DNA of 64,000 nt from Prasinococcaceae sp. CCMP 1430 (Eukaryota; Plantae; Prasinodermophyta), in assembly GCA_013416795.1 (NCBI GenBank), contig RQSC01000002.1:286603-350602 (forward strand), written 5' to 3'. Shown in pieces: positions 33,457 through 44,548 of this stretch. A model generated the notes under the pieces. The model was not told the origin of the DNA, did no database searches, and saw only the letters and a list, made by a program, of their open reading frames with translations. The translations under genes were made by a program, and so were the position numbers. The first letter of the stretch is position 1. Each line of letters opens with the position of its first letter.

Positions 33457-35460
33457 TCACTCGTCGTCCATGCCGCTCGAGGCCCCTGGTGGCTTTTGCG
33501 GCCTGTCCAGTAATTCAGCCTGCACCTCCTCCGCGGTGAGTGTGCCCGACATCAGGACGCCACCCTGACCGCCGGTCTGCTGCATTGGCTGCAGCGGCGC
33601 GCCAGGGGTGGCGGCGATATTGGCTGCCAACGACGGCGGCAATGTCATCGTGGGCGCTAATGGCCGGCCCACCGCCTGCTCCTGCGGCAGGTCTGACGCC
33701 ATCGCCAACGGCGCGACTTGGACGTTTCCCATCGGAGGCATGGCAGGCGGCTGCCAAATCTGCCCGCCACCGGCCACGCCCGTGCCAGCCGGCTGCACAT
33801 TTGCCATCTGCTGCATTAGCGCGGCTTGTGCCCCAAGTCCGGCGAGATGAAAATTCATTGGCGCCGGCCCCATGGCAAGGCGCACATCTGCAAACGGGAT
33901 GGTTCCCTGCGGGTTTTGCTGCGCGTGCGCGTACACGTGTGCTTGTGCTAGCGCCTGTACTTGCGCTTGCGCTTGCGCTTGCACTTGCGCTTGCGCTTGC
34001 GCCTGCAACATGTGCATTTGTTGTTGCTGCTGCAACGCGAGCATTTGTTGTTGCTGCTGCAATTGAAGCAAGTGTGGCAAAACGACGACGTAAACGACGA
34101 CGTAAACGACGACGTAAACGACGACGTAAACGACGAATTGCTGTGCTTGCTGCAGGTCCGCGTGAGCGTGCGCCGGCGCCACCATCATCTGTGGCATAGA
34201 CGCGGGACCACCCTGTAGCGTCGGCGTCAATTGTTGCTCAGGCGTTGGAGCGGTGGCGATTTCCACTTTTCCCTGCACCGCCCTGCTCTTGCTCCGCGCG
34301 GCTACTTTCTTCCTAGCCTTATGGGTCGCCGCCCTCGGACCAGCCCCGTCTGCCTTGCCCTTGCGAGTCTGCGCCCCATCGCTGGGCGACGCGAGCCTCT
34401 CAGCTGCGTCGCTCTCCGCTGACTCCTCCTCGGCCACTCCACCGCCGATCTTTTCCTTGCCTTTGGCCCTACCTCTCGATGGGCGACCGCCGGACGCAGC
34501 GGGTTTCTTAATACCCCCGCTGGCCTTGAGCGACACACTTGCAGCCTCCCCGCCACCCTGCGAGCCGCTGGTACCTGCGCTACCACCTCTGGGCGTGCCA
34601 GCACTGGCGACAGCCCTCGCGGCGCGCACGGCCTCCCTCAGGTCTGCGTCCTTGCGTGCGTTTTCGGCCGCGATCTGGAATCTCCGCTTGCGCATCTTGA
34701 GGCGCGATACGCTCGCGCTGCACACGACGGGCCCGCCCGTGCACTGGCAGCATTTGTTGCAGCGAGGACAGAGCTCAGGATCCGTTTTGAGACCGCAGGC
34801 TGCGTAGCGCGAGCCGCAGTCGCGCACGTGGTATGCGCACATGCACTCAGCGCAGCGCCGCGCGATGACGCGTCCACTTCGGGTAACCTCGCCGGGGATC
34901 TTGGGCAGCATGAGACGCGCCGAGCACTTGTGGCACGCCGCCTGTACTAACTCCTGGGCTTCAATCGCCGTCGTCGCGCCCTCGTCTGCGGCGCGCCCGC
35001 GCGGATACAAGGGCGGGGGCGTCGAGCCGACCTTCATCTCCGTGGGCGGCGCCTCAGCCTCGGCCGCCAACGATCCCGCTGCTGCTGCGTCGATCTGCGC
35101 CGCCTCGCCCCTCCTTTCCCCGGCGGCACCGGCCTGTCCTCCCGCATCGATCCCTCCTTCGCCTGCCCCACCGACCTTCCCCTGTCCTGCCGCATCGATC
35201 CTCCCCTGCCCGGCTTCATCCCGCCTCGCGGCCCCCGTGGGCTCTCCCCGCTCAACAGGCCCCGCAGGTGCGGAGCCAGCCACGGGCGACGCAGGCGACG
35301 CGGGCGCCTCCTCCTCCTCCTCCTCCTCCTCGGGCGCCGCGGGCACTGCTGGCGCAGCCTCCCCCGCGGGCACTTGGCCGGCCTGGCCGTCCCCGCCATC
35401 GCCACCTGTGCCCGCGCTGCCCCTCCCCCCCTCGCGCTCGGCGGCGCCGCCTGCCGCCAT
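33457..35460 (-). CDS. Cys-rich zinc-finger protein (possibly 4CXXC-R1/CDCA7-like) with basic and Gln-rich C-terminal regions
   Basis: CHKC...[16 protein letters not shown]...[10 protein letters not shown]...C; 667-codon ORF; family assignment tentative. Confidence 0.6.
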   Translation of the reverse strand: MAAGGAAEREGGRGSAGTGGDGGDGQAGQVPAGEAAPAVPAAPEEEEEEEEAPASPASPVAGSAPAGPVERGEPTGAARRDEAGQGRIDAAGQGKVGGAGEGGIDAGGQAGAAGERRGEAAQIDAAAAGSLAAEAEAPPTEMKVGSTPPPLYPRGRAADEGATTAIEAQELVQAACHKCSARLMLPKIPGEVTRSGRVIARRCAECMCAYHVRDCGSRYAACGLKTDPELCPRCNKCCQCTGGPVVCSASVSRLKMRKRRFQIAAENARKDADLREAVRAARAVASAGTPRGGSAGTSGSQGGGEAASVSLKASGGIKKPAASGGRPSRGRAKGKEKIGGGVAEEESAESDAAERLASPSDGAQTRKGKADGAGPRAATHKARKKVAARSKSRAVQGKVEIATAPTPEQQLTPTLQGGPASMPQMMVAPAHAHADLQQAQQFVVYVVVYVVVYVVVYVVVLPHLLQLQQQQQMLALQQQQQMHMLQAQAQAQVQAQAQAQVQALAQAHVYAHAQQNPQGTIPFADVRLAMGPAPMNFHLAGLGAQAALMQQMANVQPAGTGVAGGGQIWQPPAMPPMGNVQVAPLAMASDLPQEQAVGRPLAPTMTLPPSLAANIAATPGAPLQPMQQTGGQGGVLMSGTLTAEEVQAELLDRPQKPPGASSGMDDE
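34079..34136. repeat. 12-bp tandem repeat (AAACGACGACGT), about 4.5 copies, inside the CDS; encodes VVVY repeats
   Basis: Directly visible. Confidence 0.95.
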
Positions 35461-35738
35461 TCGCGCGCGCGTTGCGGGGCATCCCCACCACCATCGCGGA
35501 CAACGCGGGCCTCGACTCGGCTGAGCTCATTGCGCAGCTGCGCGCGGCGCACGCGACGCCGGGCTCCAACGCCGGTGTGGACGTCATCGACGGGGCGGTA
35601 GGTGATATGAAGCAGCGTGGCATCTTCGAGTCCTTCAAGGTCAAGCAGCAGGTCTTGCTCAGCGCGACCGAGGCCGCGGAGATGATCATGCGCGTCGACG
35701 AAATTGTCAAGTGCGCGCCCAGGCAGCGTGAGGGCTGA
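35459..35738 (+). pseudogene. CCT2: Orphan C-terminal fragment (~93 codons) of chaperonin CCT-beta; upstream coding sequence absent
   Basis: [31 protein letters not shown]...[38 protein letters not shown]; no acceptor giving CCT-like sequence upstream. Confidence 0.8.
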
Positions 35739-35791
35739 TGGTCGCAATTTTAAATAAACGGGAGGCTCAATAAGGTACACAACAATTTACA

Positions 35792-36283
35792 TCACGAGCG
35801 CAGGATCCTTAGCAGCCTCGTGCCCTTGTCCTTGAAAGCTTCGGAGCCCTTGGCCTTGAGTGCCTTCCGGAGGCTGATGACCATGAGATCCTTGACGTCG
35901 GCCAGCTCCCTCGCGGTGGACACGCGCTCCCAGAATGCCACCTGCTCTGCGCCGTACTTGGAGAGCAACAACGTGCTCATGACCGCGCGTAGCAGCAGCT
36001 CGACTTTGCCCGAGCTGCCTTTGTAGTGATCTGCGAGCGGGCAGAGGAGCGTGGCCGGCGCTGCGTCTCGCGCCATCACGTGCGCGGCGAACGCCCCAAG
36101 GTTCACCAGCTGCGTGGCATCCGTCGAGGGTAGCGCTTTGAGCCTGTCCCACAGCGTGGTACGCAGCGACACGCTGTGGACGCGCTCGCGTTTCGCAAGG
36201 GTGGCCGCCAGGTGCGCGTAGTACCGGTTGAAGCCGCGCTCGCGCAGGCAGCACTCGAGCACCACTCGCTGCACCTCCTTCTG
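35792..36283 (-). CDS. NOM1: NOM1/Sgd1-like (MIF4G-MA3) C-terminal exon; upstream exons uncertain (about 36300-37100, N at 36284)
   Basis: QKEVQRVVLECCLRERGFNRYYAHLA...LRTTLWDRLKAL resembles the MA3 region of NOM1; TGTAA immediately after the stop. Confidence 0.6.
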   Translation of the reverse strand, partial: QKEVQRVVLECCLRERGFNRYYAHLAATLAKRERVHSVSLRTTLWDRLKALPSTDATQLVNLGAFAAHVMARDAAPATLLCPLADHYKGSSGKVELLLRAVMSTLLLSKYGAEQVAFWERVSTARELADVKDLMVISLRKALKAKGSEAFKDKGTRLLRILRS

Positions 36284-37338
36284 NGGGGGGGGGGGGGGAG
36301 GGGGGGGGGCTTTTGTCGAGGTGCGCGCCGCGCGCTGCCGGCACACGCCATGCGCACGCCTCAGCTCCCTCCTCTCCCCGCTTCAAGGCGCTCGATCGGC
36401 AGGTCTCAATTTTGCAGCTCGCCGTTGTGGGACCCCCGCAGGCGCTGGCGCTGGCGCGGGAGCCTCGCCGCGCACGAGCGAGAGGCACCCAGCAGCGCAG
36501 CGCCACCACCATCGCCCCCGCCACGGGTGGCCCGCTGCACTGCCAGCGCCGAAAGGCGCGCTTCGGCGCGCTCCCCTTCCGCGACATCGCGCGAACAGAC
36601 AGATTTGACAAAAAAGAGGTTACATCGCGCGGCCCAGCGCCCGCCACGCGGCACCGTAACGCGAGACCGTTCAATACACAATCATCTCGTCGATCATTGC
36701 GCCGATGAGCGGCGCCGGCAGCTGCTGAGTCAGCGAGTGTATCTGCCGCATCAGCATCACCGACCTGCCTGACGTGATGGGACGTGCGGGGACGTGGCAC
36801 TCGTGGCTCTGGCTGGCTGGGCGCGGAAGGGGAGAGAGGCAGCACAGGTCGATCGAGCGCCAAACTCGATTCCCTCCGCGATGTCTGGCTGGCCGTGGGC
36901 GTGCAGCCGGCTGGAGGCGGCTCCTGATGCGAGAGGTCATGAGCCCATGAGCGCATGCATGGACACACAGTATGAGTTGCTCTCCTGTTACTCGAGCCGA
37001 CCTTCGAGCTCGAGCTCGCGCGAACCCCAGGTACGGATGCGGATCCGATCGAGGAGGAGGCCGGGTCGGGTCGGCTTCGTCGGATGCACGCCGGCGCGAA
37101 GACCGGCGGGCGGAAGGGGAAACGTGCACGCGTAGCTGTTGTAACGTTTTCGGCGGTTGTCGTTTGTGTCGTTTTGCGGACGGTCTCCGGAACGTGATGC
37201 TTTTTGACGAGAGTTGTATCAACGTGCAATTCTAGTGCGAAAACTGGTATCGTGTGTCCCCCGCCCGTCGCAGGTGTGGCACGCCCCGAGGCACAGACGC
37301 CACGCCACCGCCACGGCGTCGTTGGCGCCGGGTACGAA

Positions 37339-39117
37339 ATGCACCGTCTGCTGATCGCGCTTCCGAGTGTGTGCCAGAGTGCGCCCCGGAGGCGGCGGCG
37401 GCGACGTGGTCGTGTGGGGGCTGTCCTCTTTCCTCTGCACGCTGCTGTCGACTCGAAGGCGTTCGTCGACCGGCCGGTGAGGGGTGCTCTCGCACGCGCG
37501 CCGGGCTGCGGCGGCGCGCTCGAGCGCGAGTTCGCCGCGCTGAGGGCTGCGGCAGAGGCCGCCGCGGCGGACGGGACGGGGGGCGGCGACTTCGTCGCTG
37601 AGTTCGTGGCGCGGCGCTTCGACGAACCGGGCGCCGACCTCGAGCGCGCCACGCCAGACGATTGGGACGAGTCGGCCGCGCCGGTGCCGCCGCGCGCCAG
37701 TCCGGCGGGCGCGTACCTCGCGAGGTACTGCCACTCGACATGGCCGGCGCTGTGCTTGCGCGCGTCGCCGTGCGTCGCCGAGGAGCCGCTCGCGCACACG
37801 CTGCTGCCGCTGCCGCGCACGATGGTCGTGCCTGGCGACCGCTTCCGCGAGTCGTACTATTGGGACTCGTACTGGATCGTCCGCGGCTTGCTCGCGAGCG
37901 GCATGGGCCACACCGCCGAGGGGGTGGTCGAGAACCTCGTGTCGCTCGTCGAGCGCTTCGGCTTCGTCCCGAACGGGGGGCGCGCCTACTACGCGAACCG
38001 GTCGCAGCCCCCGCTGCTGGCCGCCATGGTCGCCGAGGTGTGGGCGGCGCGCAAGCGCGAGCTGGGGGCTGAGTGGCTCGCTCGCGCGCTGCGCGCTCTA
38101 TACTCTGAGCACGCGTGGCTCACGGCGGCGCCGAGGCAGGTCGTCGTCGCCGCTGAACCTGCGCAGCGTGGCAGCGGCGGCGGTGCGCTGCACACCGCCG
38201 CCACTGATGGGGGCGCGCAGCACGCGCTGTGCCGATACTGGGCGGACTGGGATGAGCCGCGCCCGGAGAGCTACCTCGAGGACGTGCGAGTTGGCGAGCG
38301 GGCAGGGCTCAGGGCGAGCAGCCCGGACTGGGCCAGGCTCATGCGCGAGATAGCAGCCACCGCCGCCTCCGGCTGGGACTTCTCAGCGCGATGGACCACC
38401 TGCGGTACCGGCGAGCTGTCGCAGCTGCGTACCACCCGCACGCTGCCCGCGGACCTCAACGCATTCATGCTGCTGATGGAGCGCACCGTGGCAGCGCTGG
38501 CAGGCGAAGCGGGCGACGCGAAGCACGCGGCCAAGTTCCAGTTGCTGGCGGATGCCAGGCAGAGGGCAATGGACGCCGTGCTGTGGGATGAGCGCGGTGG
38601 GCGGTGGCGGGACGCCGTGCTCGAGGGCGACGGTGCCGGCACGTCCGCGCACCCGTCGCGGGCGCGATGGTGCACGGACGCACCCCGCAGCGCGTCAGAC
38701 TACGTACCGCTGTGGTGCGGGGCGGCAGCGGCCGGCAGCGACCGTGCGCTCGCGGTGGTGCGCTCGCTCGCTGCGTCGGGCCTTGTCTGCCGCAACGGCG
38801 TGGCGACCACGGACAAACAGAGCGGGGAGCAGTGGGACTGGCCCAACGTGTGGCCGCCAATTCAGCACATGCTTGCCGAGGGGCTCAATCGCTGCGGGCA
38901 CGAGGAGGGGCGACAGCTCGGTGCCAGCTTGGCCACTCGTTGGCTGCGCGCTACCGCGCGCACGCTAGAGCGCACGGGTGCAATGCACGAAAAGCTCGAT
39001 GCCGTGAGCATCGGCGGTGCCGTGGGGCGCGGCGGTGAGTACGTGCCGCAGGTAGGCTTTGGGTGGACAAACGCGGCGGCGCTGCTGCTGCTCCAGCAGG
39101 TCGGCGGCGACGTGTGA
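37339..39117 (+). CDS. TRE1: Alpha,alpha-trehalase (GH37); start uncertain
   Basis: VPGDRFRESYYWDSYW, FGFVPNGGRAYYANRSQPPLL, PRPESY, SGWDFSARW, QWDWPNVWPP, EY..QVGFGWTN. Confidence 0.95.
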   Translation: MHRLLIALPSVCQSAPRRRRRRRGRVGAVLFPLHAAVDSKAFVDRPVRGALARAPGCGGALEREFAALRAAAEAAAADGTGGGDFVAEFVARRFDEPGADLERATPDDWDESAAPVPPRASPAGAYLARYCHSTWPALCLRASPCVAEEPLAHTLLPLPRTMVVPGDRFRESYYWDSYWIVRGLLASGMGHTAEGVVENLVSLVERFGFVPNGGRAYYANRSQPPLLAAMVAEVWAARKRELGAEWLARALRALYSEHAWLTAAPRQVVVAAEPAQRGSGGGALHTAATDGGAQHALCRYWADWDEPRPESYLEDVRVGERAGLRASSPDWARLMREIAATAASGWDFSARWTTCGTGELSQLRTTRTLPADLNAFMLLMERTVAALAGEAGDAKHAAKFQLLADARQRAMDAVLWDERGGRWRDAVLEGDGAGTSAHPSRARWCTDAPRSASDYVPLWCGAAAAGSDRALAVVRSLAASGLVCRNGVATTDKQSGEQWDWPNVWPPIQHMLAEGLNRCGHEEGRQLGASLATRWLRATARTLERTGAMHEKLDAVSIGGAVGRGGEYVPQVGFGWTNAAALLLLQQVGGDV

Positions 39118-39234
39118 GAGTCGCATCACAGTGTTGTATACAAGTGCCATACCAATCTGTACAGAGCAAGGGTTGGGAGTGGAGTAGGGTTGGGAGGTTG
39201 AGGTGAGGGACCGAGATGTGCTCGGTGCGCCAGC

Positions 39235-40919
39235 TCAATGCCTCCACATCTTCAGCACCCTGTCCTTCCCGCCCGTCGCGGCCGCGCTGCCATTGGGACT
39301 CCTGTGGTCCGCCGCGCCGAGGCGCCACAGCGCTTGTCAGCGCTCAGCGTGCGAGGGGCGCGGAAGCAATACGCGCGAGCCATGGCGCGAGCCACGTTTC
39401 AGGCGCACGCGGCTTCGCGCTGTCAGCTGCTCGCCACGCACCAGTCGAGCGCGAAGACCTCATCAGCGTGCCCCGGCAAATCCTCCTTCATCTTTTTCTG
39501 ACGCGGTGACCACACCTTGACGGTCGAGTCCTTGCTCGCGCTCGCGATGAGACGGCCATCGGCCGACCACGCGACCATGTACACGGGACCGACGTGGCCA
39601 CGCAGCGCGTTGAGGTACGTCCCAGTCACCCCGTCCCACACGCGCACGCTGCGGTCGAACGAAGCGCTGGCCACTGTGCGGCCGTCGGGCGAGAATGCGA
39701 TGTGGTTGATGAGCTGCTGGTGGCCGGTCATGCGCGCAACCGGGGCCACCTTGCCGTGCTTGTCCTTGGGGGTCGCGCCACCGCCGCCGCCGAGCGTGCC
39801 CCTGCCGGGTGGCAAATACAGGAACATGGTGAAGTCGTCCGAGCCCGTGACCAGGCGCTCCTCCCCGCCGTGCTGCTTGAGGCAGCCCTCGTAGCGCTTG
39901 CGCGCGGCTGCCATGCACGCGGCGGCGTCCTCGCGGTCCTGAGGCGGTCGGCCGCGCTCATCACATGCGCCACATCGTAGCGCGTAGTCTGTGGAGAGCG
40001 CTAGCGCGTTGACCCAGTGCGCGTGCGGCGGCAGTTCGGCGATCGGCGCGCCATCGGTGCCCGACCAGCAGCGAATGGTGCGGTCGCGGCTGGCCGTGTA
40101 AATGGTGCCAGCGCCGCCCCAGCGCACGGCGGTCACGGCGCCCGTGTGCGTGGAAAGCGAGAAGAGCATGCGCCGCGTGGTGACGTCCCACACCTTTGCG
40201 GTCGTGTCGCGGCTTCCCGACACGATGCGCCGACACGGCCACGCGAGATGCGCGGGCTCCCACGCCAGGCACGTGATGTGCTTGCGGTGGCCCTTGAGGA
40301 CGCCGACGCACGAGCCGTCCGCCTTCCACAGCCGCACAGTTGAGTCCATGCTGCCCGACGCCAACAGCGCGCAGTCCGGCGACCACTGCACAGTGAGCAC
40401 CCAGTTGGTGTGACCCGCGCACGTCTTCCACGGCGTGTTGCTATTGACGTTCCACAGGCGCACTGTGGTATCGCCACTGCCCGACGCAAGCTGGCGGCCG
40501 TCGGGTGAGAACGACACGGAGAGCACCGCCTCGGTGTGGCCCGGGAGCGTGCTCGAGCATCGCGTGAGCGCGCGCACGTGGAACACGGCCTGCGGCCGGT
40601 ACACAATTTTCAGGACCGATTCCACCGACACCGAGTGCTTCAGCAGGTGCGCGCCCAGCGACTCCTCCAGCTCGAGCTCGTCGACGTAGAACGCGTACGG
40701 GAGATCGTCCTCGTTGGTTAGGAGCTTGTTGAGCAGCACGTTCAGCTGCGCGACGGTGATGTCGTGCGGCAGGTCGAGCTGCGGGCCTGCCGCAGCACCA
40801 TCGGCGCTCATGAGCCGCGCAATCACGCCCGCGCCATCGCTCCCGCCGACAGCACCCGCGGGCGGCTCGGTCCGCTGCTGCTTCTTGGGGCGCGTGTACG
40901 CCTCGGGGGGGGCGCCCAT
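39235..40919 (-). CDS. NLE1: Notchless/Rsa4 ribosome assembly WD40 protein; intron 39302-39441
   Basis: NLE domain (LNVLLNKLL...PYAFYV...IVYRPQAVFHV) plus WD40 repeats; last exon W-SPNGSAAATGGKDRVLKMWRH* recovered by splicing. Confidence 0.95.
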
Positions 40920-40920
40920 G

Positions 40921-40953
<33 letters not shown>

Positions 40954-40955
40954 NC

Positions 40956-40957
<2 letters not shown>

Positions 40958-41002
<45 letters not shown>

Positions 41003-41015
41003 AACACACACACAC

Positions 41016-41071
<56 letters not shown>

Positions 41072-41089
41072 AACACACACACACACACA
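40958..41089. repeat. Interrupted (CA)n microsatellite next to the single N at 40954
   Basis: Directly visible. Confidence 0.98.
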
Positions 41090-41102
41090 TCAACTCGCGC
41101 AG

Positions 41103-41210
41103 GGCTCGCGCGGCGGCGTGGCTCGCGCGGGCGGGCCGGCGAGCGGCGCGCCGCCGTACCTGAAGCACGGCGCCGGCGTGTACGAGTACGCCAACGGGGC
41201 GCGCTACGAG
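41103..41210 (+). other. Isolated MORN-repeat exon with acceptor and donor
   Basis: CGCAG|...KHGAGVYEYANGARYE|GTGCGC. Confidence 0.6.
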
Positions 41211-41241
41211 GTGCGCGTGCGCGCGCCGGCCCGCCGGGGAG

Positions 41242-42413
41242 ATGCAGGGCCCGTCGGTGCGCCTCGATGACGCGGCCGTGCGCTCGTTCGGCCTCGCGCG
41301 CGTCTTCAAGGACAACACCGCGCGCGTGAACTCGGTGGACTTCCACCGCACGGAGGACCTCATGGTGACGGGGAGCGACGACGAGTCGATCCACGTGTAC
41401 AACACGGCCAGCGGCGAGCTGTCCAAAACCATCTTCAGCAAAAAGTACGGCGTCGACTGCGTCCGCTTCACGCACGCGCCGCACGCCATCCTGTGCTCGA
41501 GCAAGAATGGCGCATGGGACGAGACGCTGCGCTACCTGAGCGTACATGACAACCGCTACCTGCGCTATTTCCGCGGGCACCGCGGCCGCGTCACGTCTCT
41601 GGCCATGTCTCCGCTGGACGACTCCTTCATCAGTGCCAGCATGGACAAGACGGTCCGAGTATGGGACCTGAGGACCAACGCCTGCCAGGGGATGCTGCGC
41701 GCGCCCGCGACACCGTGCGCCGCGTTCGACGAACAGGGGCTCGTGATGGGGGTGGCGATGGAAGGGCAGCTCGGGGGCAACATGGAGCTCATGTTCAGTA
41801 CGTGCGCGCCGACGGGAGCGGCCGTGCAGCTTGACAGCCCGCCCGCGCTCCGAGCCGCGGCGCATGGTGCAGCCCTTTGCCGCGCCACTGCGGCCGCGCC
41901 GAGCCCGCGAGCTGACAGACCGGCGCGCGCCCTTTACGTGCTTTGTCGCACGGCCGCCGTGCAGAGCTGTACGATGTACGCATGTACGGCAAGGGCCCGT
42001 TCGACACGTTCCGGCTCGCAGGCACGCAGTCCGCGCCGACGCACGTGTGCTTCTCGCCCGACGGTGCGCTCGTGCTGCTGTGCACCAAAGATGGCTCGAT
42101 CGCGCTGCTCGACGCGTTCAAGGGCGAGCAGCGCCACCTCTTCCAGACGCAACCTCCCGAGGATGATACCGTCCGGCTGCAGGCATGCTTCTCTCCAGAC
42201 GGGAAGTACGTGCTGTGCGGCTCTGCCGACGGATCGGTGCGAGTGTGGTCGTCGTCGACGGGCGAGGAGCTCGTGAAGTGGCTGGGCCATGCGGACGCGC
42301 CGGCGGTCGTGCGGTGGGCGCCGCGCCGTATGATGGTCGCAAGCGCGTGCTCCGCGCTGGCGCTGTGGTTGCCCGATATGGACAAAATCGGCGGCATCAG
42401 GGCCACCCCTTGA
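41242..42413 (+). CDS. WDR82: WDR82/Swd2 WD40 protein (COMPASS / PP1-PNUTS / CPF); intron 41798-41964
   Basis: VRSFGLARVFKDN...SKKYGVD...LRYLSVHDNRYLRYFRGH...KLYDVRMYGKGPF. Confidence 0.95.
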
Positions 42414-42783
42414 GTCCCACCACGGCCGGCGGGCCCGAGGCGCCTCGATGGTGCGCCTGCCCTATCTGCGCATGCGAGCGCGCCACCCACTTAATACTCT
42501 GTTGTACAACAGCGCACGCGCCGCACCCGATGGAATGAGCGCGGCCATGGGACGCGTGCGCTAAGCACTTGCGGAACGGCGCGGCGGGAGTGCTAGGCGT
42601 CCCAGCGGCCGCGCCGCTTCGACGCGAGCGCTAGCGCGCGCGCGCACGCCTCAGTAGCTCAAGAGGACAGCGAGACCCACACAGCCAGCTGAGGTGTGGG
42701 AACAAAGTAGATTACATGGGAACGTCGCAGGGGAGTTGTACAGGGCGGTGCTCGGAGTGCATGCGAGTGGCGGCCGTCGCCCT

Positions 42784-43074
42784 TCAGTCCTTCTTGCCCG
42801 CCTTGGTGCCGGTGCGGCTGTCGTGCATCCCGGCCGACACCGTCATGCCCGAACCCAGGGCTAGGGATGCATCCATCTCTGCCTGCTCCTGCGCGAGCGC
42901 GGCCTGCGCCTTCTTGAGGTGCTTCGCCTTGGGAGCCGCCGAGGGCGAGTGCACAGGCTTCACGGCAGCACCCTCGGGCGCGACTAGCTCGCGCTCGCCC
43001 TCCTCGACCACCTCCGCGAAGCCACCCCAGAACTCGTCGTTGAACTTGAGCATGGACTCCCAGAGGCCACCCAT
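42784..43074 (-). CDS. Small hypothetical protein (~96 aa)
   Basis: ATG in good context; coding-like codon usage (MGGLWESMLKFNDEFWGGFAE...); TTACA poly(A)-type signal at ~42712. Confidence 0.5.
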   Translation of the reverse strand: MGGLWESMLKFNDEFWGGFAEVVEEGERELVAPEGAAVKPVHSPSAAPKAKHLKKAQAALAQEQAEMDASLALGSGMTVSAGMHDSRTGTKAGKKD

Positions 43075-43388
43075 CGCAGCCGCGCGGCCGCGCACAGCGC
43101 GCCGCGCGCCGCGCGCGCCCCACGTCGCCCGCGTGGCGCGCGCGGTATGGCGCCCCGAGCGCGCTGGGGGCGACTGAACGCGCGCTGGCGCCGGCACGCG
43201 TCGCGAAAAAAGCCTTCTCCGGCTGCGGGCAATCGGGCGATGGTGGCGGCGGCGGGTGGCAGACACTCGCACAGAGAGCGCGCCCGCGACCCCCGTCCGC
43301 GCGCGCGCTCACTTGCACACACAAGCACACGTGCGCGCGCGCGCGCGTGCGCACGCCGCTGCCCGCGCGCGCACCCCTTGCGAGCGCA

Positions 43389-44273
43389 ATGGACGCGCGT
43401 GCGGACGGCGACTTCGACGAGGTGTGGGCGGGCGAGGCGGTGCACGAGACGGCGGGCGAGGCCCAGGAGGAGGAGGCCGTGGCAGCTGAGCGCGTGGTTG
43501 AGGAGGTCTCAGGAGCGGCCGGCGGCGATGGTGAAGCTGCACTGCCGCTTCCGCCCGCGGCGCTCGCCGCTGCCGTGGGCGCGCTCCTCCTCCTCCTCCT
43601 CCTGCTGCTGTACTTCATGCTGCGATCGCGGTCGAAGAAGCGCGCGTCGGCCGTGCTCCTGCTCGGCGCGAGCGGGTCGGGCAAGACAGCGATGCTCATG
43701 CGGCTCAAACACGGCGGTGAGGGCGCGCCCAACGGGACTGTGACGTCGATGGAGGCGAACGAGGCCGAGGTGGTTGTCTCAGGCCCCCGGGGGCCGCGTG
43801 CCGCGCGTGTGGTCGACCTGCCCGGACACCCGCGGCTGCGCGTGCTGTACGACGACTACCTCGACGCCGCGCGGGCAGTGGTGTACGTCGTCGATGCAGA
43901 GGCCTTTGACGCGCCGGCCGCCGCAGAGGGGCTGGCCGCCGTCCTGCGGCGGCGCACGCTCGCCAGGTCGCGCGCGCCCGTGCTGCTCGCATGCAACAAG
44001 ATGGACCGCCTCACGGCGTACCCCGTGAAAACCATCGTCAAGCGCCTCGAGAGGGAGATCGAGGCGCTGCGCACGGCCACCAAGGCGAAGCTCACGGATA
44101 TCGGTGGCGATGCCGACGCGGAGCGCGCGTTGATGCCCCTCGAGGACCTCGCACCGGAGGGCCGCGCCTTCAGCTTCGAGGTGGGCTGCCCTCTCACGGT
44201 GACGGCCGCGGCGGTGTCGGTCGCCGCCGGCAAGCTCGACGACGTCGAGGCCTTCATCGCGGCCAACTGGTAG
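43389..44273 (+). CDS. SRPRB: Signal recognition particle receptor beta subunit
   Basis: Transmembrane helix followed by GASGSGKT, TVTSME, VDLPGHPRLR, VVYVVDA, CNKMD. Confidence 0.9.
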   Translation: MDARADGDFDEVWAGEAVHETAGEAQEEEAVAAERVVEEVSGAAGGDGEAALPLPPAALAAAVGALLLLLLLLLYFMLRSRSKKRASAVLLLGASGSGKTAMLMRLKHGGEGAPNGTVTSMEANEAEVVVSGPRGPRAARVVDLPGHPRLRVLYDDYLDAARAVVYVVDAEAFDAPAAAEGLAAVLRRRTLARSRAPVLLACNKMDRLTAYPVKTIVKRLEREIEALRTATKAKLTDIGGDADAERALMPLEDLAPEGRAFSFEVGCPLTVTAAAVSVAAGKLDDVEAFIAANW

Positions 44274-44356
44274 CACACCGCGGGTGCAGGCGCGCCGCGC
44301 AGCGCGCGCGGGCGTACATGAAACTCGATCAGGCTGCCCACTCTCTCTCACGCGCA

Positions 44357-44432
44357 CACGCCCGTGCGCGCGTGCCCGCGCGCGTGAGTGCGACCACGCC
44401 CGTGCGCGCGTGCCCGCGCGCGTGAGTGCGAC
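44357..44432. repeat. Perfect 38-bp tandem duplication between convergent 3' ends
   Basis: CACGCCCGTGCGCGCGTGCCCGCGCGCGTGAGTGCGAC, two copies. Confidence 0.95.
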
Positions 44433-44548
44433 GCCAGAGCGTGGACGAAATTGATTAGTCTGTGTGTGTGGCTGTGTGCGCACACGCGCATGCGCGCGCG
44501 TGTGCTCCCCCCAAGCGCCTCGTCGCCGCCGCGCGCCGCTCAGGGCGC

